From Octopus vulgaris (lineage: Eukaryota): a stretch of 64,000 nt of DNA. The position numbers were made by a program, and so were the translations under genes. This document shows positions 39,921-55,483 of the stretch, one piece after another. The notes beneath the pieces were generated by a model that worked only from the letters and a program-made list of their open reading frames with translations, did no database searches and was not told the DNA's origin. How positions within the stretch are numbered: position 1 is the stretch's first letter; each line of letters opens with the position of its first letter. The stretch covers positions 8,742,001 to 8,806,000 of the forward strand of contig OX597822.1 in assembly GCA_951406725.2 (NCBI GenBank), given 5' to 3'.

Positions 39921-40839
39921 ACAAGTCTTGTATCTCTGCATTTTCATAGAATTAAAGCAAAATCAGGATGAAAAACAAAACAAATGCAAAAAGCAACATA
40001 AAACTAAATAATTGAGTGTCATGCATCATATGTCTTCAACAAAGCCATTCTATAGAAGTGTTGCGCTTGTTGTGGATTTTTTGTTTTCTTTTTACGTATT
40101 TTCTATTGGTTTATTCCCTATCACTTCCCTTCATCTATCCTCCGACTCCCACTCTATGTCCTCCTCTTTCTTTATTTCTCTTTCTTCCCCTTTTCACGCG
40201 CTCTTATTTCGTTTTACTACACAGAGATAATGGCGGATAAAAGGTTATTATAACGCCTTTGTATAAAGATTTGTGTGCCTTATATTTCAAAAATCGTGTT
40301 TATCGCAATTCACAATAGCTCTAATACGCCTATTGAGGGATAAGACACAGATAACTCGACATATAATGTTTTCCCCTAACATTTCTTTTCAAGTATTTTA
40401 CATATCTATATGGGTAATTCATTCCAATTTACTTGTCACTAACACATTCTGAAAATAATATAAATTGTGGTAATTATATAAATGGTTTGTCTTGAAAACA
40501 TCCTCCACCCTCGTAAAAACAACATGTGTTAAAATCCTAAAAATAATTACAGAACTAAAACCATTTAAAATGTATATTATCACTGGGTAAATGAATTACA
40601 CAACATTATATATAAATATATTGGAAACACACGCACATACACACACATATGAATAATCACGCATAGAATAAATTTATATATATGTGTCCATGAAGGAGTA
40701 TGCATTTTTGTACGACTACGTGTATTTATGTAGACATAAATATGTATATGTTTATGACTGTATATATACATATACATATACATGTAAATATATCTATATA
40801 AATATATCTATACATATATACATATATAAATATATGTAT

Positions 40840-40884
<45 letters not shown>

Positions 40885-40950
40885 CATACATACATGCATA
40901 CATACATACATACATACATACATACATACATACATACATGCATACATACA

Positions 40951-40984
<34 letters not shown>

Positions 40985-41261
40985 CATATTCACAAGCCGA
41001 GCAGACAGAACTGTTAGGCTAAAGGCTTAGCAGCATTTCGTCCGTCATTGTTCAAGTTCTGCCGAGGTCAACTTTGCCTTTGATACTTTCGGGGTCGAAA
41101 AATTAGGAAATCGGTCTAATACTGCAGTTATTGTAGTAGAGTTAGCTCCCCAACTAGATATTTCTTGTGATGCAAAAATTTCAAATTATTATGTACTAAA
41201 CATATGAATATATCTATGTGCTTACCCATGGATATAAAAATATATATGTATGTGGATACGC

Positions 41262-41327
<66 letters not shown>

Positions 41328-42025
41328 ATTGCGAAAAGCAGACGGTGGAGTACTTAGAAAGAGAAGTAGAATTTTATGCATAAAGCTATGCTCTATCTAT
41401 TGCTTCGCATGGAATTCTGAAACTCGCTGCATAAAGTTAAAATTTATGCCTCGACAAATGAAATATAAATATATGTAAGTGTATGTGCCCGTGCACGAAT
41501 TTATATGTATCATATATATACATGTATACATATATATATATTAATATATATATATAGATATATATAATATATAAATACATTATAATATAGATATGATATA
41601 TAGTGCATATGTACATTTATGAGTGTTTATGTGAGTGTGTGTGTGTGAGTGTGCGTGCATTTGTGTGTATGTTTGTTGCGTCTACGTGCTAAATTGCAAA
41701 ATGAAAATGGAATATATAATCTTCGATGCTTATTTCAAACATTCTGTATCATTCTCTAAAACAAAAATGTCAAGTTACTTACTTCTTCCATAAAGCATGC
41801 TATCAAAGATGGTGAGCAGAAAAGATGTTTTGGCACACATATAATTGAAGAATCTAAAATATGGTATATCGTGTTATCTATCTTATATATTAACAATTGA
41901 ATTTGAATGGAATATTTTTCAAAGAAAATGTTTCTTCATTTTACCTAATCTCTTTTTATATCACATTTATTAATAAGTTCGTACGTACTTACATATATAT
42001 ATTCATATATGTGTGTGTTTGTATG

Positions 42026-42070
<45 letters not shown>

Positions 42071-42492
42071 TGAGCATATCAATGAGTGAGATTATACCTA
42101 CGCGTTCATATGTACACACCTACATACATATACATGGTATCTTTTATGAAGCAACTAAAATATAACATATTAAAGAGTTCATCTGAACTACAAGTCCATT
42201 ACAAAAAATCTTTTAAAAGAGCTGGAATATATAACCAAAAATTTTCAAAGAAGAAAATTAAAATAACGTGACACATTACGCCGGAAAAAGAAGAAGATCG
42301 AACAGAAGAAAAGGAAACATCATTTCAAAACTAAATTAGAAATATAACATATTTTTGATCACATTTAGTTTTAAGAGAGAAAATAAATTTTGTTATTATT
42401 TTTTAAGTATACGAGAATCTATTTCGCCTGATCTCATTTAATCCATGTGTTCTATCATATATTCAAGTCAGATATGGCTTGGTACTGAATAT

Positions 42493-43042
<550 letters not shown>

Positions 43043-43361
43043 TATCCTTTCTGTCATACTTCTCTTCCTACTTTCTCAGTTTCTTTCTTTTGTTTTGCAT
43101 ACTTTTTCTGGTTTGTTTGGGAAACTGTCCCTCTTCAATTTACACTTTCACAAAAAAATTCTTATACTTATATATACTGAAATTGCCTGTTATATTTTTC
43201 GCATTTCTTAAGCATCTATTATCTTTGCAGCAACTAAATTACATTCCTTTTCTTTCTTTTATACATTTTACTGTATACTTATTATTCCTATTCCTATGAT
43301 TTGAAAATGCAAGTAGGGTACTCGGAACTATTATTATTATTGTTGTTGTTGTTGTTATTAT

Positions 43362-43452
<91 letters not shown>

Positions 43453-43499
43453 ACTACTGCTACTGCTGCTACTACTACTACTACTACTATTATTATTAT

Positions 43500-44062
43500 T
43501 ATTAGTGAGTGAGAGAGCAGTTCATTCCATCAAAGTGACACTGGGGTAAAATATACGAAGCCCAATATACCCATCATGACTACCCGTCTGATAAAGGTAC
43601 ACCAGGCACATGCATCACAACCATATGTGCGCGACATGGTGATCTCATATCAAGATAAACAGCACATGACCTTGCAGGTGGGGCCCAGTTAGAATTTTCT
43701 TCAGGTTGAGTAGCCCATCCCGCTCAAACGGTCCCTGAATAAGGGTTGTTTAAGGATGTTGAAAGAACCACCCATGTTTCCAGAGGTGAACTATTCAAAC
43801 CCCAAAGAATCCCTCTCAACACATGGCTATGATGCTCCCCTACTACTTCTGCTCGTGATCAGAGATGCACATATCGTCAGCCACTAAGGGACATGCTCAA
43901 CTGGTTAAGGTCAAACAACTGACAAGCAAATCTGTGGTATTGAGCAGAATATTTGCTGTAGCCCATCTTTTATACCAAGACAAAACAATGTACATGATAA
44001 CACTTCCAATCAGTTAAGATCAGAAGCCATGAGAGCCACTGCCTGGTACTGCATCAGGGCAT
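43500..44062 (-). mobile_element. Interspersed repeat family D, longest copy (~560 bp), embedded in (TAA)n-type microsatellite
   Basis: Shares sequence with 8195-8390 and 62443-62757; trinucleotide tracts on both sides. Confidence 0.8.
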
Positions 44063-44072
44063 ATTATTATTA

Positions 44073-44104
<32 letters not shown>

Positions 44105-44400
44105 GTTATTGTTATTGTTATTATTATTATTATTATTATTGTTATTGTTATTATTATTATTATAATTATTATTATTATCATCATCATCATCATCATCGTC
44201 ATCATCATCGTCATCATCATCATCATTTTTATCGTCCTTACAAGCATCATCATAATCATCATCCTCATCCACATCATCATTATCATCATCATCGTCGTCG
44301 TCATTATCATTATCATCATTTTCCTCATCATCATCATCATCATCCTTATCATCAACATCATCATCATCGTTACCAACATCATTAGTCTTATCGTTATCAT
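44063..44400. repeat. (ATT)n(ATC)n compound microsatellite
   Basis: Directly visible. Confidence 0.95.
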
Positions 44401-45089
44401 CGCAGTGAATGGGGGAGCGTCCCAAGATCCTCGTGAAACAGTATTGTATCATATGTTCTAGAATTTTACTCTCTGCAAATCCTTGCTGAACTCAGTGTAG
44501 TCTTTCATCCTTACTAGCTCACTGAAAGAAAGCATCGGCATCGAAGTATTGGTGTCGATGATATCGACCAGAGCTTATCATCTTAAAACTAAAAGCGTTC
44601 TTCTTAAATCAGACATCATTCTTTAACATCAACATCATCCCCAACACCAGCATCATCATCATCCTCATCATCCTCATCATCTTCGTCGTCGTCGTCGTCT
44701 TCCTCATTATCTTTTTCTTCTCCTCCTTCTTCTTCTTCTTCTTCTTCTTCTTCTTCTTCTTCTTCTTCTTCTCCTCTCCCTCCTCCTTTTCTTTCTCCTT
44801 CATTCTCCTATTTTACGACTGTTGCAGTGTTTTTGTTTTTCATTTTATTTTACTATATTTATACTATTGTGTAGTATGCCTGCTTTCCTTCCCTGTCTTA
44901 GTCTATGCTGTGCATACGTTCTATTCATTTATAAATATTTTCTCAATTCATTATATCTAAACCAACACAGTTGATGCCTGTTTTGTACTTGTCTCCTCAT
45001 CTTTTACCCTGGTGGCAAATAAAAGAAACACTCATTAGTATTTTGTTGTCTTTCCACAGTTTCTACCGTGTCAGCTGTTCAATTCCTCA

Positions 45090-46520
45090 TTGCATAACTT
45101 GTTGCTAGCTATATGTACGATCCACCGTCGTATGCTTTCTTTCTCAATTAACACCATGACTGATTTCCTCTTCTCTATGTCATGGTCGCACTGAATCTTA
45201 AAATCCCGTAGGATCTTCGCATTATCATTTTCGATAATGTCTTTGGGTTTATGTTCGTACCACTATTTTGCTCTGTTAAGTCCATAATTGCTATATTGTC
45301 ATGACATCTCTCATATTGTTTCTCGGCTAGTGGCGTACATTGAGTGGTAATATGCCATGCAGTTTCACTATTTTCTCCACAAATTCTGCACTTATCAGTT
45401 TCTGACGTGTTGTCTATTCTGTATTTGATGTAATTGGTCCTTAATATTTGCTCTTGAGCAGCATAGATTAGAACCTCTGTTACCTATTTTAAATCACTTT
45501 TAGACATACATAGAAATGTTTTTCCTCTGTATGTATTATCTTCAACATCCCCATGAAATTGTCAATGTATTCTTCTCTTTATCCACCTATTTAGATTCAT
45601 AACCCTTGACAGTGATTTATTCTTGCAATCATCCCTCCTACCTAAGACTGACTTTCTTACTTCCAATAATAGCAGTTCTGTGGTATGTTTTACATACTAT
45701 GCTATGTTGCTTTCCTCTTCTCTAATGCTGTGGTGGCGTCGAATAAGTCCTCTTCCCCCTGTTTTACTTAGTACATAATTGGTACATGATTGTGTCGCAT
45801 TTTGGGTGGAATATCCCATATCTGTTCAGCAACTTCTTGTCTTTCTGTCTAAGCTGTTTGGTTCGTCTACTGTCCATGCGATTACCCCTGCTCTATATCT
45901 AAGGGATTAAACCACCCAGGAGTTGATAGCTTCGATCTGATTCTGCCCGGTTAATTTCGACTTAAGGATCAGTCTCAGTCTGCACAAGTACTCCACCGTA
46001 AATCGCTAGGGCGTCCATACATTTGATTTTGTCTCTCCTCAAGACTAAAACAACACACTTTCTCAGTCCGAACTCCATTCTAATATCAGCACTGAACGTA
46101 TACACAGTATGAACGGGGGAACTGACTTGGGATACATATTTACCATAAAGCTTGAGGTCATCTAGCAATAACAAGTGGCTGACTTTTTGTTGGCGGCTCT
46201 TGAATACAAAACCAGCTTTTGCTTTCCTCAGAATCAGTGTTAGTGATATTATGCACAGGACAAAGATCAATGGGGACAGGCAGTCTCCTTGGAAGATACC
46301 TCTCCTTGATTTCTATTGTCCCTAGACCTCTTCCATATGTTGTCAGTTCCGTCCTCCAATTCGCCATACTTTGTCCAAGCAATCGCTCAACATTCGGAGC
46401 AATACTAAATAGGTTCATACATACCGTACTCCAAGAATGTGTGATCATATCGAATGCTTTACGATAAACGATCCACGACATAGCTAAGTTAGTTTTCCTC
46501 TCTTGCAGTCTCTAAGTACA
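45090..46520 (-). mobile_element. R4/Dong-like LINE fragment (RT to RLE)
   Basis: SWIVYRKAFDMITHSW, HLLLLDDLKLYGK, FSADIRMEFGLRKC, AINSWVV..LRYRAG, LIYAAQEQILRTNYIK, KCRICGE, ILRDFKIQCDH. Confidence 0.88.
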
Positions 46521-46559
46521 GGGTTTAAAGACAGGCATTTTCCTCCTTAACCAATTACT

Positions 46560-47680
46560 CATCAATATGTTTAGGAGCTACGTGTAAAGATTAGAGAGGT
46601 AGACGCACACCAGTAGAACATTCGATGGAAGTCGGATGCGAAAGGCGAGATTAAAGAACCTGATTAGAATTGGAGCAAAATCAAGGAAAATTAATTTTTC
46701 ATGCCTCCTTGGATATCACAATGTTGTCCTAGCTTTTTGAGGACGGGTGATCTCCTGACCACCGCGTTCGGAGACCCTAGCGCATAACCATTTTAACGTC
46801 CCAGTAACAGCAGAAGATTTTTCATTGATACCAAGGATCCTTGGTCGGAAATAGATCTGTGAAAATATCTAGAATACCATCAGAACTAAACTTCTGTGGA
46901 ATGATGAAAAGTAAGATTTTGCAAAATCCACAGCATTCTATTAGAAATGTAAAGATTCCGAAATGAAATTTGGGCTGCAAGGGTCTGGGAAATATGAAAT
47001 GTGGACAGGATTCCCGAGCTTATAGATATTCCAGGATTGAAGCATCGCAGGGCAAAGTAGAGCGTAAAAGACGTTGATGTTACATGTCTGACAGCACTAA
47101 TTATGTCAAGGCTTTCTACCCATCCCCCAACAATAGAAAATGGCAACTGAAACATGACCTTCACTACTGACAACATCACAACCTCCACACAAACAACAAA
47201 ATTACCGAAAACATATACAGTAGTATTCAATAACAGCATGCAGTCGATGAAACAGTTACAAAACTAGAAGCAGCACCTGCAGCAATAGCATGAACAACAC
47301 TGTGAATACAAGGTATATTCATTTTCAAGTCACTTGGGATAGAGAGGTAGAGTGGCTGTGTTGATTCGGAAGTGTCTGGCTGTATCTTCACAGACCCAGC
47401 ATGTAAGTTCGTGGTCCTGGATGAGAGCAGCTGAGAGGTGCTTTCAGACCAACAGTTATAAGATTCCCGACAGGGGCTATTAAGATTTCTTCAGACGTCT
47501 AGACATTGCTCTCCAAATGAAAAACTGGGATGAAAAGATGAGGAGAGTAGCCAATCTTATCCAGAAATACACCGAGAGATCGTTGTCCCTGAAAATACGT
47601 ACACAAGTGGTAAATGCTTACATTATATCTTATCACTAGCTGTCTGCCTACTAGAAGTTTTCGGCTTTCGAGGAATTATT
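46560..47680 (+). mobile_element. Highly decayed, deleted L1/Tx1-like LINE remnant
   Basis: GRVAVLIRK, KFVVLD, GAFR and DFFRRLD resemble AP-endonuclease motifs (~47345-47505); SLKIRTQVVNAYI resembles the Tx1 RT thumb. Confidence 0.5.
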
Positions 47681-47759
47681 TATTTTTAAGAGTTTTTGTT
47701 TGTTTTGCTTTTTACTGTTTCGTCGACATTTTGTGAACCTTTAGTGGTTAAAAAACAAA

Positions 47760-47882
<123 letters not shown>

Positions 47883-47989
47883 GGAAAGCTAGAAGAATCA
47901 TTTGGGTGCTGGACAAAATGCATAGTGGTATTTTAGGCCTTGTAGATTATTATTAATCTTTGTCATATTAAGATATTGTTTTTCACTAT

Positions 47990-48114
<125 letters not shown>

Positions 48115-49679
48115 TATACATCGCCATGTCATGAACAGAGTAGCGTGAAAACTCATAAACTATTTCTATAATGTCGGAAAAGAAATTATTTTTTCCTCTA
48201 CTTTTTCTGACATAATAATATTTTTTATGCGTCTGTTTTAGCGGATTTATATATATTTTTTACATTTCTGTTCATAGTCTGGAATAGATTTCCTTTGGCA
48301 ATGTAATCAGATCATTAGCTCTTTTTTTCTTCTTTCGTATTCTCTCTTTCTCGCTCACACGCAGACACAAACACGCAGATACACATACACCTACAAACTA
48401 TTTCTGTCACTCTTTCACCTTCATTCGTTTCCAGCGCCCGTCATCTCTCCACCCAATTTAACTGTCTCCCAACTATTACCCATGATATTCATAGACTGAC
48501 CTACAGGTTATACGCATCTACATTGTTTCGGGCAGACATCATTTTCTCAAAACACGGCTTTCAAATAGTGCGCAGTTTGTTTGAAGTTTATTATTCCATT
48601 ATTCGGTCTGCTATGCATTTGATTGTGCATATACATATATTCATCTGTGAGTGTATTGCATGTATATGTATGTATGATATGTGTATGTACTTGTGTGTGT
48701 ATGTGTCTGTGTATGTTTGAGTGTGATTTATTTATTTTGTCTGGTCCAGTTGCCTGTTATTTCGGATCAGCCGAGATAAATAAGTCATTATACTCTAAGT
48801 TCTTACCTAGAACCTCTTCGCTCACTCAAACTATTATACATCTATTTATCGATCTATGTTATGTATATATGCCTTGGGATACATAGGTTTGTGCTTAGAT
48901 ATACAGTAAATTTACATGAAACAGGAAAACCCTAAAATCAGAAATTTGTGAATAAACTGTGGAAAAAGCAGTTACTCGTTTACGTGTTCGTGCCTGCCAT
49001 TTATTATTTAGCTAAAGATATTTCTAGTGTACCACGCATATCATATAACCATATGTCTTCGTACACCGGTAGTATACTGAAAGCTTTCTATCATGCTCAT
49101 GCTTTTTTTTCTCAAATAAATGCGGATATAGAGGATTTTTCTGTATTAAGATATGCTGTCTTAATCAGATGGAAACACTTGATGAAATCAACTTCCCTAT
49201 AGAGACCAGGCTATTTTGAAGAACGAGTAATGGGTTAAGATGAAACTAGCTTCAGACATTTTCATTTGCAGACAAATAGGAACTATGTTACAGGGATAAA
49301 TAAAAGTATGTTTTATCTTTCATTATTAGTCTGCTTAATACGACAAAATAAAGACTGTTCCACTTAAATATTTAGACACTTTACAAGAAAATTAGAAGCA
49401 CCTTCATTATTTTAACATTTTCTTAGAAACTAAATTTATAACTTCATTTTCTCGAGAGTTTCCTATACTATATATTTCTTTTTGTTCATAAACATAATAA
49501 TCCCATCTAAATTTTATTTTAATAGTAATTCAATGGCAATTAAAATTAAAAATATAATAAAGTGGAAAATAAAAAATGCCTTTCAACGAATTAATCATAA
49601 AATTTAATTTTTCTAAAATAATTTTTGAGAAACTGATTGCCTGTTCTATATTTCACATCCTTTCACACACATATATATA

Positions 49680-51247
49680 CAGGGTGCGTAAGATATTTGA
49701 GGACTGATTTATGTATATAAAAATAAACGGATATATAATAACATAACTTTATTTATCAAAGGATGCTATGAGGATAAAAATTCACATTCTTTTCTACAAT
49801 GCTATTGAATAAAGCCACTTTCAGGTTCAACAACTGCTTCTATATGAGATCTAAATCATCGACATGCTCGGATCAAGTGATCCTGGTTCAATCTTTGGTG
49901 TAATAGGCGAGTCCATTGACCTCTCTCTCAACAATGCTCTACATGTAATAGTCCAATTGATTGAGATCTGGAGAATTAGGAGGCCAAATGTTAGGGGTTA
50001 ACTGATCATGAAAATTTTCAGCCATCCATTCCTGGGTTACTAGAGCCATATGTGATGGTGCAGAGAATTACTGAAATACATATAACCATCCATTGCATAC
50101 ACTTTCAATCCAGGGCTTATCAATTATTTCGAGGACCTGAATGTAGTCAGTAGAGTTAAGTCTAAGGCCTTGTGGAAAGTAGTAAGGAGGCATCACTCTC
50201 TTTACTCTTTACTCTTTTACTTGTTTCAGTCATTTGACTGCGGCCATGCTGGAGCACCGCCTTTAATCGAGCAACTCGACCCCGGGACTTATTCTTTTTG
50301 TAAGCCCAGTACTTATTCTATCGCTAAGTAACGGGGACATAAACACACCAGCATCGGTTGTCAAGCAATGCTAGGGAGACAAACACAGACACACAAACAA
50401 ACACACATACGTATATATATACATATATACGAGAGGCTTCTTTCAGTTTCCGTCTACCAAATCCACTCACAAGGCATTGGTCGGCCCGGGGCTATAGCAG
50501 AAGACACTTGCCCAAGATGCCACGCAGTGGGACTGAACCCGGAAACATGTGGTTGATTAGCAAGCTACTTACCACACAGCCACTCCTGTCCTTCATTGCT
50601 ACAAACCCCTAAAACTATGAAGACAGTTTCAGGATATTTTGTATGCGTAACCCTTGGAACTTCAGAAGGTCTGCACATAATCATCTGTCATTTCTTCTGT
50701 TAACTTTTTGAAATTGCTCAAAGTTTTTCTCGTTTGGAAAAGATCAAATTAAATCGTCTTCTGTTAGATTTTTCAGTTCTTTTTTAGATCTGTTGTAGTG
50801 ATTTTCTTTTGCTTTTACTGACAAATTGACCTTTCCTCATCGTATAAGATTCACATCTGATGTCTTCGTGAACAACATTTCTGACTGTTCCTTCTGACAC
50901 ATGGAGATCGTTTGCAACTCATCTCATGGACTTTCTGGGATTGTAATCAATGGGCTGTTGAACTTGCTGGATATATTCACGTGTTGTGATGACTTCGGAG
51001 CGTGCAGAATGCTGTTTTATGCTTTGGTATTGGTGATACATTTCCATCTTCAGTCCCAAGTTCCTCACAAACTTTGGAGACGAAATATCTGGCAACTTTT
51101 ACAAATCGAGATATTTCTAAATCGCTATGCTCGGCCTTTATGACCATAATAGCAGCAATTTGTTGAGTAAGCTAAGGGTCTGTCCTCATTATTTTCTGAA
51201 ACAAATGCAGCAAAAAAGGTATGTCCTCAAATATCTTTCGCACCCTG
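49680..51247 (-). mobile_element. Tc1/mariner-superfamily DNA transposon (maT/DD37D-like), degenerate, both TIRs present
   Basis: TIRs cagggtgcg(t/a)aagatatttgaggac at both ends flanked by TA; minus strand PNIWPPNSPDLNQLDYY and YVFQ*FSAPSH; interrupted by a SINE. Confidence 0.88.
50197..50588 (-). mobile_element. SINE family A nested in the DNA transposon
   Basis: Reverse complement of the family A sequence. Confidence 0.92.
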
Positions 51248-51248
51248 T

Positions 51249-51307
<59 letters not shown>

Positions 51308-51311
<4 letters not shown>

Positions 51312-51856
51312 TATTCGGCATATTTTGCTTTATGAGTTTAATAAAGGCAACAACTAACGGGAAGTGCAAGGAATTAATGCAGTACATGGGGATCGGACGA
51401 TAAGTGTAAGCCAGTCTCAACGGTGATTCCAGAAATTCCGAAGCAGAAACTATAGCGTAGAAGACGAGCCTTGTCCCGGAAGATCTATCGAGCTTGACGA
51501 GGACGTCCTGCAAACTCTGCTGGAACAAAATCCTATTGTTGATGTTGAGAAATTAGCAGAAAAACTTGGATTTGGTCATTCGACTATTCATCAACACTTG
51601 CTTGTTATCGGAAAAGCCAGTAAATTTGGTCAATGGGTGTCTCACAAACTTTCCGAGTCTAATCGCCTGCAGAGACTGAATGTGGTCTCAGCTTTGCTAT
51701 CACATCTCACGAATGAACCGTTTTTTGACTGGATAGTGACTAGTGACAATGAGATCTCTACAAAAAAATGTCAAACGCCGAAGACAGTGCGTAGGTAAGG
51801 GAGAAAGACCGGCAACCCAGGCTATAGAAGGTCTTCACACACGTAAGGTGTTGTTA
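51308..51856 (+). mobile_element. Mariner (DD34D-type) transposase fragment
   Basis: HIRHILLYEFNKG, FQKFRSRNYSVEDEPCPGRS, GQWVSHKL (WVPHEL motif), FFDWIVTSD. Confidence 0.85.
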
Positions 51857-52454
51857 TACCACACATACACACACTCACACACACACTCACACTCACACAC
51901 ACATAAATATATATGGGTGTTGTGGGTGCTGCTTGGTTTTATTTCTTCGTGCATGTGCACGTATCCACATGGGCGCGCGTGTGTATGCACAACGAATTTC
52001 CGTATATGTATGCATATCACCCGGCGTGCTAACGATTCTGCTCGAAATATTCTGAAAATATGGCCTAGGCCAACCATGTCATATAGTACAAGAAAATTAC
52101 CCTTGTTTTCAATTTGTGTGACAGAATAATGGAATTATCATTTTAGCTAAATATTAAATTGTGATGCATTATTTTTTCTTTTGGCCGGTTTAACAGGTTT
52201 ATTTAAATTACTCATCATTTTTCTGAATGGAAGTTTGACCAGAGGTTGTACATCTTTTGGGTGCTATGTACATCTGGAAATTAGCGTTGTAGGGTGATCA
52301 AGATTAATAACACATATAATGTCTCAGTTTAAAATGTTGACATCTAAGAACTGCAAGTTCATGGAAAGGAGCAATTTTCAGTAAAACAGAAGCAAGTTAT
52401 ATTTTAGTACTAAGCTAGATATATGGATTGGAGCAGTAGTATATTTAGTATCTT

Positions 52455-52668
52455 TCTCTTTCTCTCTTTTACTTGTTTCAGTCATTTTAACTGCGGCCAT
52501 GCTGGAGCACCGCCTTTAGTCGAGCAAATCGACCCCGGGACTCATTCTTTGTAAGCCCAGTACTTATTCTATCGGTCTCTTTTGCCGAACCGCTAAGTGA
52601 CGGGGACGTAAACACACCAGCATCGGTTGTCAAGCAATGCTAGGGGGACAACCACAGTAGACACACAA

Positions 52669-52717
<49 letters not shown>

Positions 52718-52878
52718 TACGACAGGCTTCTTTCAGTGTCCGTCTACCAAATCCACTCACAAGGCATTGGTCGGCCCGGGGCTATAGCAGAAGACACTTA
52801 CCCAAGATGCCACGCAGTGGGACTGAACCCGGGACCATGTGGTTGGTTAGCAAGCTACTTACCACACAGCCACTCCTC
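52455..52878 (-). mobile_element. SINE family A, full length
   Basis: Reverse complement of the family A sequence. Confidence 0.92.
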
Positions 52879-53159
52879 TTCATTTTTTTGGGTATTACAG
52901 GTTGTATGACAGATCCACGTCTTTTATACATTAACCAGTACTCTTTTACGCTACCATATTCGTCATCCGTAATAATAGCGTGAAATTTTAGCACAAAACC
53001 ATAGTTACGTCGATCACATCGCCTTAAGTTTTCAGGTGGTACTTATTTTGTAAAGCAAAGTCAACTTCTGCAACATTTGAACCCAGGATGTAATGGTTGA
53101 GGAAATTTTGCTAGACACTTTGTCGTATGTGCTAAGGATTTTTTTTTCTTTACTATACT

Positions 53160-53745
53160 AGAAACAAGGCCCGAAATGTTGGGGGATGGAATCAGTCGAT
53201 TTCATCGACGCCAGTACGCAAATGGTACTTAATTTATCGAACCCCAAAACGATGAAAGGTAAAGTCGATCTTGGGGGAATTTGAACTCAGAACGTAAAGA
53301 GAGACGAAATACCACTAAGCATTTCGCCCGGCGTGCTAACGATTCTTATTTCTTTATTGCCCACAAGGGGCTAAACATAGAGGAGACAAACAAGGACAGA
53401 CAAAGGGATTAAGTTGATTACATCGACCCCAGTGCGTAACTGGTACTTAATTTATCGACCCCGAAAGGATGAAAGGCAAAGTCAATCTCGGCGGAATTAG
53501 AACTCAGAACATGAAGACAGATGAAATACCTATTTCTTTACTACCAACAAGGGGCCTGAACACAGTGAGGACAAAAAAGGACAGACAAGCGGATTAAGTC
53601 GATTATATTGATCCCAGTGCGTAACTGGTACTTAATTTATCGACCACGAAAGGAAGAAAGGCAAAGTCGACCTCGGCGGAATTTGAACTCAGAACGTAGC
53701 AGCAGACGAAATACCACTAAGCATTTCGCCCGCCGTGCTAACGTT
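53160..53745 (-). mobile_element. SINE family B, tandem composite (three units)
   Basis: gaaaggcaaagtcga..gaactcagaac recurs at ~53255, ~53470 and ~53655. Confidence 0.87.
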
Positions 53746-54322
53746 TGTGCCAGATCCCCGGGTCGTGACCTGTAATATTAAAAGAAATACACAACAGGTG
53801 TTAATCTTTCAATGTAGTATTTCTTCTCCGTTTTCATTCATTCTTTCCTTCCTTCCCTCTATTTTCATGCTTCGTTTTCTCACATTGTGTCTCTCCATCT
53901 ATCTCCTCATCTTTTGCCATCATATCTAAGTTAATTAGCATAAATTAATACGGCATTATATTGTGTTACACACGATTAATTTTATTACCTTGAAGTTATG
54001 TTATCGTCTTCATTGTTTCAAGCCTTTAATATACATACTTATGCTACAAAATACATTCTTTCCTTGTATATATAGGTTAAAATCTTGCATGGCGTTGTAT
54101 GAGAGATGGGTTCAAAAGTTATATATTTGCTCTGAATTTATATCATTTATCTAGATGAATTATAATTTCAATGAAAATTACAGTATTGCCAGTCAGTTCA
54201 TTTCCTCCTTGCACATAAAATCACCAACGACCACACATGAATATGTATGATAAGAGGATTTGAGCGTGTGTGTGTGTATAAGGATTTATATATGTATATA
54301 TATATATGTATATATATATATG

Positions 54323-54366
<44 letters not shown>

Positions 54367-55423
54367 TACACATGTATATATATATATATATATATATGTA
54401 CGTATGTACATTTATATGTGTATTTAAATGTGTAATGTATGTATGTATGTGAGTATGTGTGCAGGCCCATCTGTATCAACGCATGCAATCATGTATATAT
54501 ATGCATGCACTTTTAAATACACCTGTGTATGTAGGTATGTAAGTAGAGTGGTAATTTACTCGATTAGTAGGTATGCAGACGCCATAGACATGACGGTGTG
54601 TTTATGCTATACAATCATTAAAATCATTATTACACAGAATCCCATTAGTTGTATAAAATTCAATTTTAGCAACGCATTAAACAGTATGAAGGGTTTGAAA
54701 TATAATCTTAATGTCTATATTTTAGACAATAGTGTTCAATATACTTTTTTAAAAAATGAGGTTTATGATATACATACATATTTATTTATATATATATATA
54801 CATACATATATATATATATATATAATATATATATATAAATTATATATACATACATATAATATATATATATATACATATATATACATACATATATATATAT
54901 ATATTATATATATGTATATATATATATATATATATAAATACATATGCATATATATATATATATGAGTATATGTATACATTTATAGATATGTATATATATA
55001 CATACATTCATGTATATATGCGTGTGTTCATGTGTGTGTATTTGTGTATAACTATGATATATATAGCTACTTACACACCAACATACATATATACATAGTT
55101 ATATTATTACACACACATACATGAAGATATAGATGTAAATACGTATGCACACGCACATGCACACACACACACATACAACACACACACACACACACATATG
55201 TCAATATTTATACATAAGCATATTGTATTGCACACATGTCGGTGACTTTGTTCATATACTTATATGCCTGTATTTCTATACGTGTGTATATGTGTGTCAA
55301 TGTATTGTGAGTGCTTATATTTGTGATGTATTATGTGTGTGTCTGTTTCTGTGTTGCTTGTAAGTGCGTTTACGCGTATATGCATGCCCGAGCGATCACC
55401 TACTTAACGCTCATTACAACATT

Positions 55424-55483
<60 letters not shown>

